From IMG/VR virus record IMGVR_UViG_3300036985_006199, positions 1-57,972 of that record: DNA of 57,972 bases; one strand, written 5' to 3'. The DNA is from a virus. Lineage: Duplodnaviria; Caudoviricetes. A model generated the notes under the pieces. It had not been told where the DNA came from. It ran no database searches and saw only the letters and a program-made list of their open reading frames with translations. Within the stretch, counting starts at the first letter, position 1. Every line of letters begins with the position of its first letter. This document shows positions 1-10,000 of the stretch, piece after piece. Both the position numbers and the translations under genes were made by a program.

Positions 1-885
1 ATGCAGGTAGAGCCCGACAGGTACGTGTTTGAGGGGAACCCGGTGCGCGTGATTTGGGCGGGCGGGGAGCCGTGGTTCGCGGCGGAGGATGTGGTCCAGG
101 CCGTGGGCTGCGGAGAGCGGTTTGACGACCTGTTCCTGAGCGTCTCGGATGCGTGGAAACGCCGGATCACGGTGGGCGAGCAGCCGGTGTGGTGCGCGTC
201 GGACTGGGGCATCTACGCGCTGTTGATGCAGTGCGCGGCGACGCGACGGCATGCGCCGCTGGTCCCGAGGTTCCAGCAGTGGTTCGCGGGCGAGGTGCTG
301 CCGAAGGTGCGGAGCGTTGGCCTCTACGCGCCGGGCCGGACGGCGGCGGAGCGCTTGACGATCCTTGCCCAGCGGCTGGTGGACGCCGAGCAGCGGTTGC
401 AGGTGATCGACCGGGAGCGGGAGCAGGTCGTGGCAGCGCGGCGCGCGCTGATCCTCCAGGTGCATGACGCGACCCCGCAGGCGACGGGATTCGTTGGGGA
501 GATCGCGATCTACCCCAAGGACGCACCATTGCCAGTCGACGAGGCGTGTCATGTGGATGTGGAACCAGCGTTTGCACGGGAATTTCCGAAATCCCAAGAG
601 GAGGTGTCGTTGCGCGAGCGCATCCAGGAGACGGTGGATGACTACGTGGCCGAGCACCATCTGACGGATGAGCAAGCGGCTCAGGTGTGGCGCGAGGTCT
701 TCGCTTCCCTGAAGGATCGCACAGGGGTGGACCTGCGCAAGATGGCGAAGAACCGATCCTACCGCCGCAAGGAAACGGTGACGCCGCTGGACGTCGCGGA
801 GGAGGTCGATGCAGGGGCGCATCCGGGGACGCTGGCCGCCCTGCTGCGGATTGCGCTGCTCTTGAACATGCGGAAGCCCGGATGA
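1..885 (+). CDS. Bro-N domain protein (phage antirepressor-like)
   Basis: N-terminus FEGNPVRVIWAGGEPWFAAEDV...FQQWFAGEVLPKVRSVGLY matches the Bro-N pattern (PWF.a.DV; F..W...EVLP.IR..G.Y); coiled coil follows. Confidence 0.8.
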   Translation: MQVEPDRYVFEGNPVRVIWAGGEPWFAAEDVVQAVGCGERFDDLFLSVSDAWKRRITVGEQPVWCASDWGIYALLMQCAATRRHAPLVPRFQQWFAGEVLPKVRSVGLYAPGRTAAERLTILAQRLVDAEQRLQVIDREREQVVAARRALILQVHDATPQATGFVGEIAIYPKDAPLPVDEACHVDVEPAFAREFPKSQEEVSLRERIQETVDDYVAEHHLTDEQAAQVWREVFASLKDRTGVDLRKMAKNRSYRRKETVTPLDVAEEVDAGAHPGTLAALLRIALLLNMRKPG

Positions 886-1274
886 GCGACGTCACCATGC
901 AATGGGGCATCGCCCCGGCGATGACGCACCTCATCCATCCCGAGACGCCTTGGGCGTGGGTCGACGTCGACGCCATCCATATCGTTGTCTCTCCCGATCA
1001 GTCCGATTCGCGAGGTATCGGCAACATGACGACCTTGGGCGCGTCCCTCCTGGGCGTCCGCCGAGGGCCGCATGACGCCGTCGTCAAGGCGTTCGTGAGC
1101 GACTGCTTTGCGCCTGGCGGCAACGATCCGGCGCGTCATTGCGTTCTGCGGAGAACGGAGGACGGCAACCACGTGGACACGTTGCTCCTTCATGCCGTTA
1201 CCTACCGGGCCAAGCCAACCGTTGATCCCCTGCGCCTGTTCGCGGAGTTGGACCTTGTCGCCCTTGTCACATAG
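882..1274 (+). CDS. hypothetical protein
   Basis: ATG at 882 overlaps the Bro-N stop (ATGA coupling); in frame with ORF 687..1274. Confidence 0.6.
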   Translation: MSDVTMQWGIAPAMTHLIHPETPWAWVDVDAIHIVVSPDQSDSRGIGNMTTLGASLLGVRRGPHDAVVKAFVSDCFAPGGNDPARHCVLRRTEDGNHVDTLLLHAVTYRAKPTVDPLRLFAELDLVALVT

Positions 1275-1298
1275 GCGGGTTGAATCGCCGAACAGACG

Positions 1299-1326
1299 TT
1301 GACAAACGCAGCTTGCGCGTTAAAAT
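1299..1326 (+). promoter_or_regulatory. sigma70-type promoter (phage early motif TTGACAAACGC)
   Basis: TTGACA-16 nt-TAAAAT upstream of AGGAGG and the helicase ATG. Confidence 0.7.
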
Positions 1327-1374
1327 AATAGGGATCGCGGCGGCTGATCGTCGCGCCTGTCAGGAGGCCCCCAC

Positions 1375-3741
1375 ATGGACATGAACGGAATCGACCTACT
1401 GGTTATCGCGGAGCGTTTGCGGGCGGCGGCTGCCGCGTTGGCGAAGGTTTGCGACGGCGCGAAGAAGCGGGACGACGTGGGGTTTTCCGCGTCGGATACC
1501 TCTTACGGGCGGGCCATCGCGGGCACCCCTGCGGACCAGTGGACCCGGCAGGACTGCATCGCGGTATCGGCTTTGCTGGGCCACTACCGGGGCCAGTTGA
1601 CGGCCTACGGGGTGGACTGGGCGGGGCTGCCCAACGTCACCGAGCAGGTGAACCGGGAGGCGTCCTTCAAGGCGTTCAAGGAGCGGGCCACGGAGGCGGC
1701 GCGTCAGCAACAGCGGATGGACTACGTGGACGGGCGCATTACGCGCGAGCAGGTGCGCGTGGTGGCCCCCTACCTGGCGTGGGTCGAGAAGCGCACGGTC
1801 TGCATCGAGAGCCCGCGCGACGAGGCGCTCATCGCGGCGATCAAGGCGTGCCCGAACGGGCGGCGCTGGAACGGGCTGGCGCGACGCTGGGAGGCGGAAC
1901 TGAGCCCGGCGAACGCCAAGGCGCTCCTGGCGATCTTCTCGCGGTTCAACTTCCTCGTGAGTGGCGCGGACCAGGCGATATTGGCGCAGGCGCAGGTTGC
2001 GACGGCTGCTGCGACGGTAGAACGTCCCAAGGCGGATCATGTGGTCATCGAGGGCGACCGGATCGTGTTGCGCACCCCGTACAACCAAGAGGCCACGGCG
2101 GCGCTCAAGGATGCGCTTCCAGGGCGACGTTGGGATGCAGCGAATAAGGTCTGGACGGCACCCTGTACGGCGGAGGCGGCGCGGGCTGTCCAGGCACTGG
2201 CCGAGCGGTGGGGCTGGCGTCTGGGGGCGGCTGCGGCGCGGCTGGCGGAGATCCGGGCGGAGGCTGAAACCTTCCGTGCGGCGAGCAAGGCGGCGGATGC
2301 AGAGTTGGAGTTGCGTGGGCTTCGAGATGGCGCGGTTCCGTACTCCTACCAGAAGGCGGGCGTTGCCTACGCCGTTGCAAAACGTCGCGTGCTGATCGCC
2401 GACGAGATGGGAATCGGGAAATCATTGCAGGCACTTATGACGGTCGTGCAACTGGACGCCTATCCGGCGTTGGTCGTTGCGCCCAAGGCTGTCTTGCGGC
2501 AATGGACACGTGAGGTTGGCAAGTTCCTCGAAGGTCGCACGGCGAGCATCGTTGGGCTCAAGGGGAACGCCAAGAGGCTGGCGCGGCATGGGTTGACGGC
2601 GGGCTTGTGCGGGGACTTCGTTATCGTCAATTACGACATTCTCGGGCGCAATCTGGAGGCGTTTAAGGCGCATGGGTTCAAAGCGCTCATCGTCGACGAG
2701 TCACATTTTATCAAAAACAAGAAGGCGGCGCGCAGCCAGGCAGTCAAGGACATGGCCAAGCAGCAGGGGTTGCAGGCGGTTCTGCTGCTCACGGGAACGC
2801 CGGTTTTGAATCGACCTGTTGAGTTGACACATCAGTTGGACGTACTTGGGCAGCTCCAGGGGTTCGGTGGGTTCATGACGTTTGCGAAGCGCTACGCGAA
2901 CGCCAAGGAAACCAAGTTCGGATGGGACATGACTGGGGCCAGCAACTTGGACGAACTTAATCGTCTCCTTCGCGAGCGCTGCATGGTTCGGCGCGAGAAG
3001 AAAGACGTGTTGGCGGACTTGCCAGCGATGCAGAGAACGGTCGTCCCGGTCGAGGTCGATGATCCAAAGGCGTATGAGCAGGCCATGAACGACATCGTGC
3101 GTTGGATGGCGGGCCAGCGTGGAGAGCTGCCCAGCGAGTCGGCGTACCGGGCGGAGATGCTGGTTCGGATCGAGGGGCTGCGGCAGTTGGCGGTTGCGGC
3201 GAAGTACGCGGCCACACGCGAGTGGCTGGCCAACTGGCTGGACACGGCGGAGGGAGAGAAGCTGGTTGTATTCGCGCATCACAGGGACGCCCAGGAGAAG
3301 CTTAAGGCCGATCTCGCCGACTACGGCGCGGTGTCGATCAGCGGCGGGGACAGCGACGACAACAGGGACGCGGCGGTCAAGCGGTTCTGGAACGACCCGA
3401 CTTGTCGCGTGATCGTCTGCTCGATCAAGGCGGCGTCGGTTGGACTCAACTTGCAATGCGCGAGCAACGTGGCGTTCGTCGAGTTTGCTTGGCACGCGGC
3501 AGACATGGACCAGGCGGAGGCGCGCTGCCACCGAATTGGCGTCCAAGGCGCGGTTACAGCCTACTGGATAGCTGGCGAGGACACTTTTGACGAGGACATG
3601 ATTGCGCTGATCGAGAGTAAGCGCGAGGTTGCCCACGCAGCGGTTAGCGGAGGCGAGATCGAGAAGCAGGCGAACGTCGTTGCCTGGTTTGAGAAGCTGA
3701 TCGAACGCAAGCGGACCAAGGAGGCGTGGGAGGGCAACTGA
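1375..3741 (+). CDS. SNF2-family (HARP/SMARCAL1-like) helicase/annealing ATPase
   Basis: Motifs YQ, ADEMGIGKS (Walker A), DESH (DExH), LTGTP, GLNLQ, QAEARCHRIG; two N-terminal HARP-like repeats (RRWNGLARRW, RRWDAANKVW). Confidence 0.9.
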   Translation: MDMNGIDLLVIAERLRAAAAALAKVCDGAKKRDDVGFSASDTSYGRAIAGTPADQWTRQDCIAVSALLGHYRGQLTAYGVDWAGLPNVTEQVNREASFKAFKERATEAARQQQRMDYVDGRITREQVRVVAPYLAWVEKRTVCIESPRDEALIAAIKACPNGRRWNGLARRWEAELSPANAKALLAIFSRFNFLVSGADQAILAQAQVATAAATVERPKADHVVIEGDRIVLRTPYNQEATAALKDALPGRRWDAANKVWTAPCTAEAARAVQALAERWGWRLGAAAARLAEIRAEAETFRAASKAADAELELRGLRDGAVPYSYQKAGVAYAVAKRRVLIADEMGIGKSLQALMTVVQLDAYPALVVAPKAVLRQWTREVGKFLEGRTASIVGLKGNAKRLARHGLTAGLCGDFVIVNYDILGRNLEAFKAHGFKALIVDESHFIKNKKAARSQAVKDMAKQQGLQAVLLLTGTPVLNRPVELTHQLDVLGQLQGFGGFMTFAKRYANAKETKFGWDMTGASNLDELNRLLRERCMVRREKKDVLADLPAMQRTVVPVEVDDPKAYEQAMNDIVRWMAGQRGELPSESAYRAEMLVRIEGLRQLAVAAKYAATREWLANWLDTAEGEKLVVFAHHRDAQEKLKADLADYGAVSISGGDSDDNRDAAVKRFWNDPTCRVIVCSIKAASVGLNLQCASNVAFVEFAWHAADMDQAEARCHRIGVQGAVTAYWIAGEDTFDEDMIALIESKREVAHAAVSGGEIEKQANVVAWFEKLIERKRTKEAWEGN

Positions 3742-3745
3742 CAGG

Positions 3746-3773
3746 TTGACAAACAGGGGCAAGACTGTAAGCT
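3746..3773 (+). promoter_or_regulatory. sigma70-type promoter for the RAMP gene/array
   Basis: TTGACA(AAC)-16 nt-TAAGCT, followed by a hairpin (3786-3803), the 20-bp palindrome (3809-3828) and a GGAGG RBS. Confidence 0.6.
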
Positions 3774-3839
3774 GGCGGCAGGATTGCGGCAGTAGATTGC
3801 CGCTTTGCACGCGAACCCGGGTTCGCGTCGGAGGACAAC

Positions 3840-4661
3840 ATGGCGAAGGAAGAGAAGTCGGGTGTGACCACGAAGTTCAAACCGTTCCTGGACATCAAGT
3901 ACCTGCGAGTGAGAATCCAGGGGTACGATCCGCTGATCGTGCATGCCTGGTCGAAGAAGGCGGTCTTGGAACTCCTGGGCAAGTCGATGAAGATCCCCAA
4001 GGGGGCGCGCGAGGAAAAGAACGCTGAGCAGGAGATGGAGGACGCCAAATACTACGACCGGGACGGCAACGAGGCCATTTTGGCGACGGCGGTCAAGAAG
4101 GCCATGATCTCGGCGATCAGCATGGTGAGCGACCTGAAGAAGACGCACATGCGACAGGCGTTCTTCGTCTGGGGTACAGTGGACAAGGAGCGCTCCGCGA
4201 TTTTGAATGCAGAAGACGGAACGCCCATGAAGGGCTTGATGCGCTTGGACCCCGTGCGGGTGGGAGGGCAGAAGGGGGCGAAGTCGGCGGACATCCGCTT
4301 TCGCCCGGAGTACCCGGAGTGGGCGGTGGACGTCGTGATTGAGTACAACGCGCTGGGGATTTCCAAAGAGCAGATCGTCAACTTGATCAACACGGCTGGA
4401 TACGGCGTGGGCATCTTCGAGTGGCGCCCGGAGAAGGATGGGACGTACGGGCGTTTCGAGGTGGCTGACGTTGAGGATCTGCCGGAGAAGCCGAAGTGGA
4501 CCAAGGCGTCGGGCTACCTGCGCAAGGGCGAGATGGACGCCAAGTCGGTGCTTGAGGCGTTGCAGATCCAGAAGGCCGTGGCTGCGAATGAGATGCTGAA
4601 GAAGAAGAGCAAGAAAAAGAAGGGCAAGAAGGCGGAAGACGTCGAGGAGGACGAGGCATAG
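3840..4661 (+). CDS. stand-alone Cas7/RAMP-like RNA-binding protein (Vipr-like)
   Basis: RAMP-like order of motifs: strand YLRVRIQGYDPLIVH, helix ILATAVKKAMISA, RFRPEYPEWAVDVVIEY, and a C-terminal glycine-rich loop AGYGVGIFEWRPEKDGTYGRFEV; basic/acidic tail; no other cas genes in the window. Confidence 0.7.
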   Translation: MAKEEKSGVTTKFKPFLDIKYLRVRIQGYDPLIVHAWSKKAVLELLGKSMKIPKGAREEKNAEQEMEDAKYYDRDGNEAILATAVKKAMISAISMVSDLKKTHMRQAFFVWGTVDKERSAILNAEDGTPMKGLMRLDPVRVGGQKGAKSADIRFRPEYPEWAVDVVIEYNALGISKEQIVNLINTAGYGVGIFEWRPEKDGTYGRFEVADVEDLPEKPKWTKASGYLRKGEMDAKSVLEALQIQKAVAANEMLKKKSKKKKGKKAEDVEEDEA

Positions 4662-4723
4662 GCCCGCGCCCTTCTTTCAACGGGCTTGGATCGCTACTCC
4701 TGGGAGGGCGGCGATCTGGGCCA

Positions 4724-5671
4724 GGCATGGCAGGAGAGGAATGGCAAGTTTTGGCGAGAATTGGCGGGGCATGGTTCGGCAGGAACGGCTGGGACTGGAT
4801 GGGTGAGGAGCGGCATGGTGCGGAAAGGCAGGAGAGGACTGGCAAGAATGGCGAGAATTGGCGGGGCCTGGCTCGGCAGGATCGGCTGGTCTTGGTATAG
4901 TTCGGTTGGGCGAGGCAACGTGAGGCAGGCAAGGAGGGGCTGGGTTCGGCCCGGTAAGGTTGGGCTGGCAGGGGCAGCGTGAGGCAGGCTTGGCATGGAT
5001 GGATTCGGCATGGGCGGAGAGGTCTGGAAGGGCAGGACTGGAGGGGCAAGGTCTGGACTGGCCAGTCTAGGTGCGGCCTGGCAGGAATGGCGGGGCTCGG
5101 TTCGGACGGATGTGCTTGGCAGGCGCGGCGAGGATGGGCTTGGCGCGGTCTGGTGACGTGTGGTTTGGCAAGGCAGGAGAGGTTGGTTCTGGAGTGGCTC
5201 GGCACGGCGTTGTACGACATGGCAAGGCAGGAGAGGTGAGGCAAGGCGCGGTAGGGACCGGCATGGTGTGGACGGGCACGGCAGGAACGGCTTGTCGGGG
5301 TTCGGTACGGTAGGGTGCGGCGAGGCTCGGATCGGCTGGAACGGCACGGTACGGTTGCGCAGGGACCGGAGCGGACGGGCAGGAAAGGCAAGGCGTGTTG
5401 AGGTCGGGACGGGCCTGGCGCGGATCGGCAGGCGGGGTTAGGACTGGCGGGGCTAGGTGAGTCCTGGATCGGATCGGCAGGTTGGGAGTGGGATGGATTG
5501 GCTTGTTGAGGCCGGGCTGGCGAGGCCAGGTGGGGCACGGTGGGAATGGGTTGGGCCTGTCAGGGCCGGTATGGCGGAGCATGGCGGCGCAGTCCGGGGC
5601 TGGGCAGGTCACGCCAAGGCAGGCGTGGCAAGGTCTGGCGGGGGGCCGCTCGGCATGGAACGGGACGGCGG
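4724..5671 (+). repeat. GGH-NN pentamer array in ~20 units (mostly GGCA + 7-11 pentamers); putative guide RNA array
   Basis: Units start at 4729, 4778, 4827, 4875, 4924, 4983, 5031, 5080, 5118, 5172, 5226, 5280, 5334, 5378, 5427, 5476, 5515, 5564, 5603, 5618; e.g. 5226 ggca ggaga ggtga ggcaa ggcgc ggtag ggacc ggcat ggtgt ggacg ggcac. Confidence 0.9.
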
Positions 5672-5710
5672 GTTCTCCGAAAATGGACCCGCAGAAAGGA
5701 TCTACAGCAC

Positions 5711-6172
5711 ATGAGAAGAAAATACCGGATCTGGGTCACCGTACAGTGGTTGACGCATGAAGAGGCGTGCGACACGTGCGGCGTGGAGTTCCTCGATCAA
5801 TGGGCCTTTGAAGACACCAACATCTACCCCCTCAGCACGGACGAGAACGGGGGCGACCCCCCGGATACCGATCCGCTCTGGGCGATGTCCTGCCACTGCG
5901 ATCATGACCTGCACGATGACACGTCCATGGAAGAGTTCTGTCGCGGGTTGGCCCATCACGTGTGGGCGATGACGGGTCGATGGGTGCCCGTCCTCATCCA
6001 GTGGTGCCGCATCGCCCCGGTGGACACCCTCTCGTTCGACCATGCAGACTTCGACGCGTTCGCGACCGAGGTGCATTCGGACCTGTTCCCATCCCGTGCC
6101 GAGGCGGTCGACGCCCTCGTCCAGTCCAGCCTCATCCTCCCCTCGGATGGATCCCCCAGCGGTTCCGCCTAG
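5711..6172 (+). CDS. hypothetical acidic His/Cys-rich protein
   Basis: ATG at 5711 after AAAGGA; the upstream part of ORF 5540 lies in the repeat array. Confidence 0.6.
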   Translation: MRRKYRIWVTVQWLTHEEACDTCGVEFLDQWAFEDTNIYPLSTDENGGDPPDTDPLWAMSCHCDHDLHDDTSMEEFCRGLAHHVWAMTGRWVPVLIQWCRIAPVDTLSFDHADFDAFATEVHSDLFPSRAEAVDALVQSSLILPSDGSPSGSA

Positions 6173-6183
6173 CCACCCTTCGC

Positions 6184-6213
6184 TTGACAAACGCACTCTG
6201 CCACGCATACCCT
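6184..6213 (+). promoter_or_regulatory. putative promoter (TTGACAAACGC motif)
   Basis: TTGACAAACGCA followed by a weak -10 (TACCCT, 18-nt spacer). Confidence 0.4.
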
Positions 6214-6262
6214 AGACGGCGTTGCCGCGATCTCCCCCTAGAGATCGACTAGATGACAAAGG

Positions 6263-7069
6263 TTGCCCGATGACCCGTATTCCGATGCACCTGTGCGCAA
6301 AGGTGTCACCCCCTGGTGCCCCATGAGCCGGGGGAACCCCTTCGAGAAAATCAAGAAGCTGCGCTGCCACCAGGAGGTCTACGAGCGTCTCTGCGCGGGC
6401 TATCCCTGCCCCGAGGTGGCCCGCTACATCCAGGAGGACGAGGGGGAATACCTCGACGTGGGGCGGCCCTCGCTGGTCGGCATGCTCCGGGACTACACCG
6501 AAAGCGAGATCGTGGGCGTCGACCTGATCGCACCAAGGCTCCCGCACGTTGTGGTCAAGGCGCAGAAGGAGTTCAGCGACCGGCTGGAAGACTTGCGCCG
6601 TCTGGAACGCGCCTACGAGGCGTTGCTGTACCGCTTCGACCTGTCCCATGGTGAAGAGCGTCGCAACGGCAAGGTCAATCCCGATGTAGACCGGCAGGCC
6701 AAGGTCTTGATGGATTACATCTCCAAGATGCACGACGTTAAGATGGATCTGGGGCTCACCGGATCTCGCGACTTGGGCACGCTGACGGTGAGTGCGGAGC
6801 GGTTGGCCGCGATCAAGGACAAGTATGGCGAGGGCGCGGCGCGGGCCTTTGGCGATCCGGTTTCCAGGGCCAAGGTCTTGGGTCTGTTGAGGCGCGTGAT
6901 GAAGATCTCGGAGCGCGGAGATGTCCTGGAGTCAGACCTGGAAGAGGCGAACCTGGGTTCGCGTGACGATTCCGAACAATACCCGGAAGCTATAGAGGCC
7001 GAATTTTCTGAGGCGACCACCCCGAAACCCGCATTAGGACCGACCGAAGAAGATTCGGAAGAGCGATGA
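6263..7069 (+). CDS. putative terminase small subunit
   Basis: Helical protein directly upstream of, and ATGA-coupled to, the large terminase; start uncertain (6263 TTG or 6323 ATG). Confidence 0.45.
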   Translation: MPDDPYSDAPVRKGVTPWCPMSRGNPFEKIKKLRCHQEVYERLCAGYPCPEVARYIQEDEGEYLDVGRPSLVGMLRDYTESEIVGVDLIAPRLPHVVVKAQKEFSDRLEDLRRLERAYEALLYRFDLSHGEERRNGKVNPDVDRQAKVLMDYISKMHDVKMDLGLTGSRDLGTLTVSAERLAAIKDKYGEGAARAFGDPVSRAKVLGLLRRVMKISERGDVLESDLEEANLGSRDDSEQYPEAIEAEFSEATTPKPALGPTEEDSEER

Positions 7070-10000
7070 TCGTCACCGCCTCCAACGGGCGTCGTCGGAG
7101 CGTCAGGACGGGCGGAGAGGACATCCGCGCCTTCAAGGAGGGGTACGCGCTGTGTACGCCCGAGGAGCGGTCTCTGATCCAGGCGCTACTGAACGAGGGT
7201 GATCCGAATTCGGCGGCGGTGTTGAGTGTGGAGCTGAACGAGTCCCTGTACCGTCGCCCATTGGTATCCATGCAGCAGTTCATTGAAGATCCCTACTACC
7301 TGGGTGACTCCATGGGGACGATGTACCCGGCGCTCAAGAAGGACGTTATCGCCCTATTTGAAGCTCCATACAGGGAAGTGGTGCTGTGCCTGCATCCAGA
7401 CACGCCGATACCGCTCTTGAATGGGATGATGCCGACGCTGCGTTCGTTGGCGGAGAAGTGGGCGCAGGACAAACAGGACTTCTGGATATATGGAGTCAAT
7501 CCAGATGGACATGTTCGTCCTGCGTTGGCCACTGAACCGCGTTGCACAGGGGAGGACGACTATTATCGAGTGACGCTAGATGACGGGTCGTTCTTTGTAT
7601 CCAACGCTCGGCACAGGATGGTGATGCGAGACGGAGGCAAGCGGCAGGTTATGGACATGGTGGCTGGCGACAGTCTGATGCCATTCCAGACAGTCATGTC
7701 CACCAAGGGACGCGGAAGGCGCATCGCTGGATATGAGATGGTCATGGATTTTGTCGACGAAGAAATGCGGTATACGCATGCTCTTGTAGCGGACCATGTG
7801 CATGGATCGGTCGATCCGTCCAAGGTGACGATCCACCATGTTGACTTCGACAAACGGAATAACGAACCAGACAACTTGTCCCTCATGCCATGGAGTGATC
7901 ACCAGCTTTTGCATGCGCGGACGCGCAGAGAATGGCTTGCCGTCGATTCGGAGAGTCGGACTGCGCTAGCTGAACGCCAGCGGGCCATATGCAAAGATCC
8001 ACATTCTCCACTGAGGATGGCCCATGCTGAATTTATGGCGTCTCCAGAAGGCAGGGCACTTTCTGCAAATAATTTGGCGAAGGCCATTATCACCATAGAT
8101 GACAGGCGCGAGAGAGGTGGCAGGGCTTCTGTTTGTCGTTGGAATGGGCCTGATGGAGAAGAGCATAGGGCCGCTGCTTCAGAGCGAATGCGTGTTCGGA
8201 ATTTGTCTGGCAATGCGGCGGAGGCAGGTCGGCTGTCGTTTTCTAATCGTTCACCAGAGGCTCAAGAACGCCAGCGTCAACGGGCATTATTGAATTCGAT
8301 GAGGCAGCGTCGTGATGACGTGAATCCATCCACTATACGAGAGGCTATTGATAGCGGGTCGTCCACGTTCAAAGCTGTGGCAAAGAAGCTTGGTTGCTCT
8401 CCATGGCGCGTTCGTTGTGCGATTGTGGAAGCAGGCTTGTCGCTCCGAGAGTTCTTCCCTCGCACGCGAAATCATTATGTTGTGTCCGTGGAGCCGTGTG
8501 GAAGAGGCCCCGTATACTGCATGACGGTTCCTGACACTGAGAACTTCGCAATAGCAACGAGGCGACCAGATGGGACCGTTGCGCGATCTGGTGTTTTCTC
8601 CAGCAACACCGGAAGTATCGGATCGGGCAAAACTTTCCTGGCGAGTGCGGCCATTTGCCGCATTTTGTACGAGCTGTCGTGCATGAAGAATCCCCAGTTG
8701 ACGTTTGGGATGTCGCCCGGCACCGAGATGGTGATCATGCTGATCTCCAAGAACCTCGTGTTGGCGCGGGAGGTGATGAAAACGAGCATTGATGACAAGA
8801 TCAAGCTGAGCCCGTACTTCATGCAGCACTTCACGCCTAAATTCTCGACAGACTACACCTTGTTTCCCAATAGCATCCGCATGAACATTGGGTCATATGG
8901 TGCTGAGCGCGCCCTTGGAGCGAATATTTTTTCAGCTTTTCTGGATGAGTGTTTAGGCAAGAAAAGCTTGTTAAGCATTGGTGAACATGGTAAAAGCGCA
9001 CAGTTTCCCGTTGGCGATCTGTGGGCAATGGGGCCTGCGGGGCGCGACGGGTTGCTGGTTGAAGCGCTGGACCATGCGACGGGTCAGCAGACGTGGACGC
9101 CGTTTAGGATGCGGCTGTCCACGGTGCAACCGTTGGTACGGATCGAGACGAACCTGGGTTCGTGTGTGCGGGCTATTGAACCGTCTCGGGAGCACCCCTT
9201 GCTGGTGCGGCGCGATGAATGGCTGATCTACGTCCCGGCGCGAGAGATTGTGGTTGGGGACGAGGTCGTCTGGAGGCGCGACGATGGCGAAGAAGGGCGA
9301 GACGTTGAGCGAGGAGCAGCGACAGAAGTTGTCGGAGGCCGCGAAGCAGCGGACAGGGGAACGCAATCCATTCTGGGGGAAGACGCACAGCGAGGAGACC
9401 AAGGCGCTGTATGCAGAGAATGCGCGGCAGCAGTGGACGGGGGTCAAGCAGAGCGAGGAGACAAAGGCCAAGCGGTCGGCTGCGTTAAAGGGGCGCGTGA
9501 TGTCAGCGGAGACGCGAGCCAAGATGGCGGCATCGGCCAAGGCGCGCTGCACGCCGGAGTGGCGGGCGCGGATGTCGGCGCAGACCACGGCGGATCGAGC
9601 GAGCGGGCGTGTGACGAACATGCCCCCTGTGTATCCGGCAGGGCCAGATCATCCGAACCGTGGACAGAAGCGGACGGAGGAACAGCGGCAGCGGATGCGC
9701 GAAGCGTTCCAGGATCGCCCTGGACATGCGCACAACGAGGAATCGCGGGGCAAGATCTCGGAGGGGAATGCGCAGGCGATCAAAGATCGAGTGCGGTCCT
9801 ACCGCTACCATGTGTCGTCGCCGGATGGAGGCTTGGTGCCTTGCCGGACGGAGAACGAGAGGCACCTGGCTCAACGGCTGTGCATGGAAAGCGGTGTGGT
9901 GCGCATTGTAGGCGAAGATCAGATGGAGTGGATGCCTTACGAGTTGGATGGAAAGAAAAGGATGACGATTGGCGACTTCTTAGTGATAAGGAGCGATGGC

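Noticed and set aside
4724-5671. Canonical CRISPR array, or a simple microsatellite/G-quadruplex tract
   Set aside because: There are no identical 25-40 nt repeats with unique spacers, and the dinucleotides are too diverse and the unit structure too regular for slippage. Two-tier G4 folding is possible but does not explain the 4+5n units.
4387-5760. Many overlapping ORFs on both strands across the array (e.g. 4387..5538 -, 4694..5347 -, 4686..4982 +)
   Set aside because: They are low-complexity G/R/W/A or P/C/S translations produced by the 5-nt periodicity, which lacks stops. They have no codon structure or convincing RBS.
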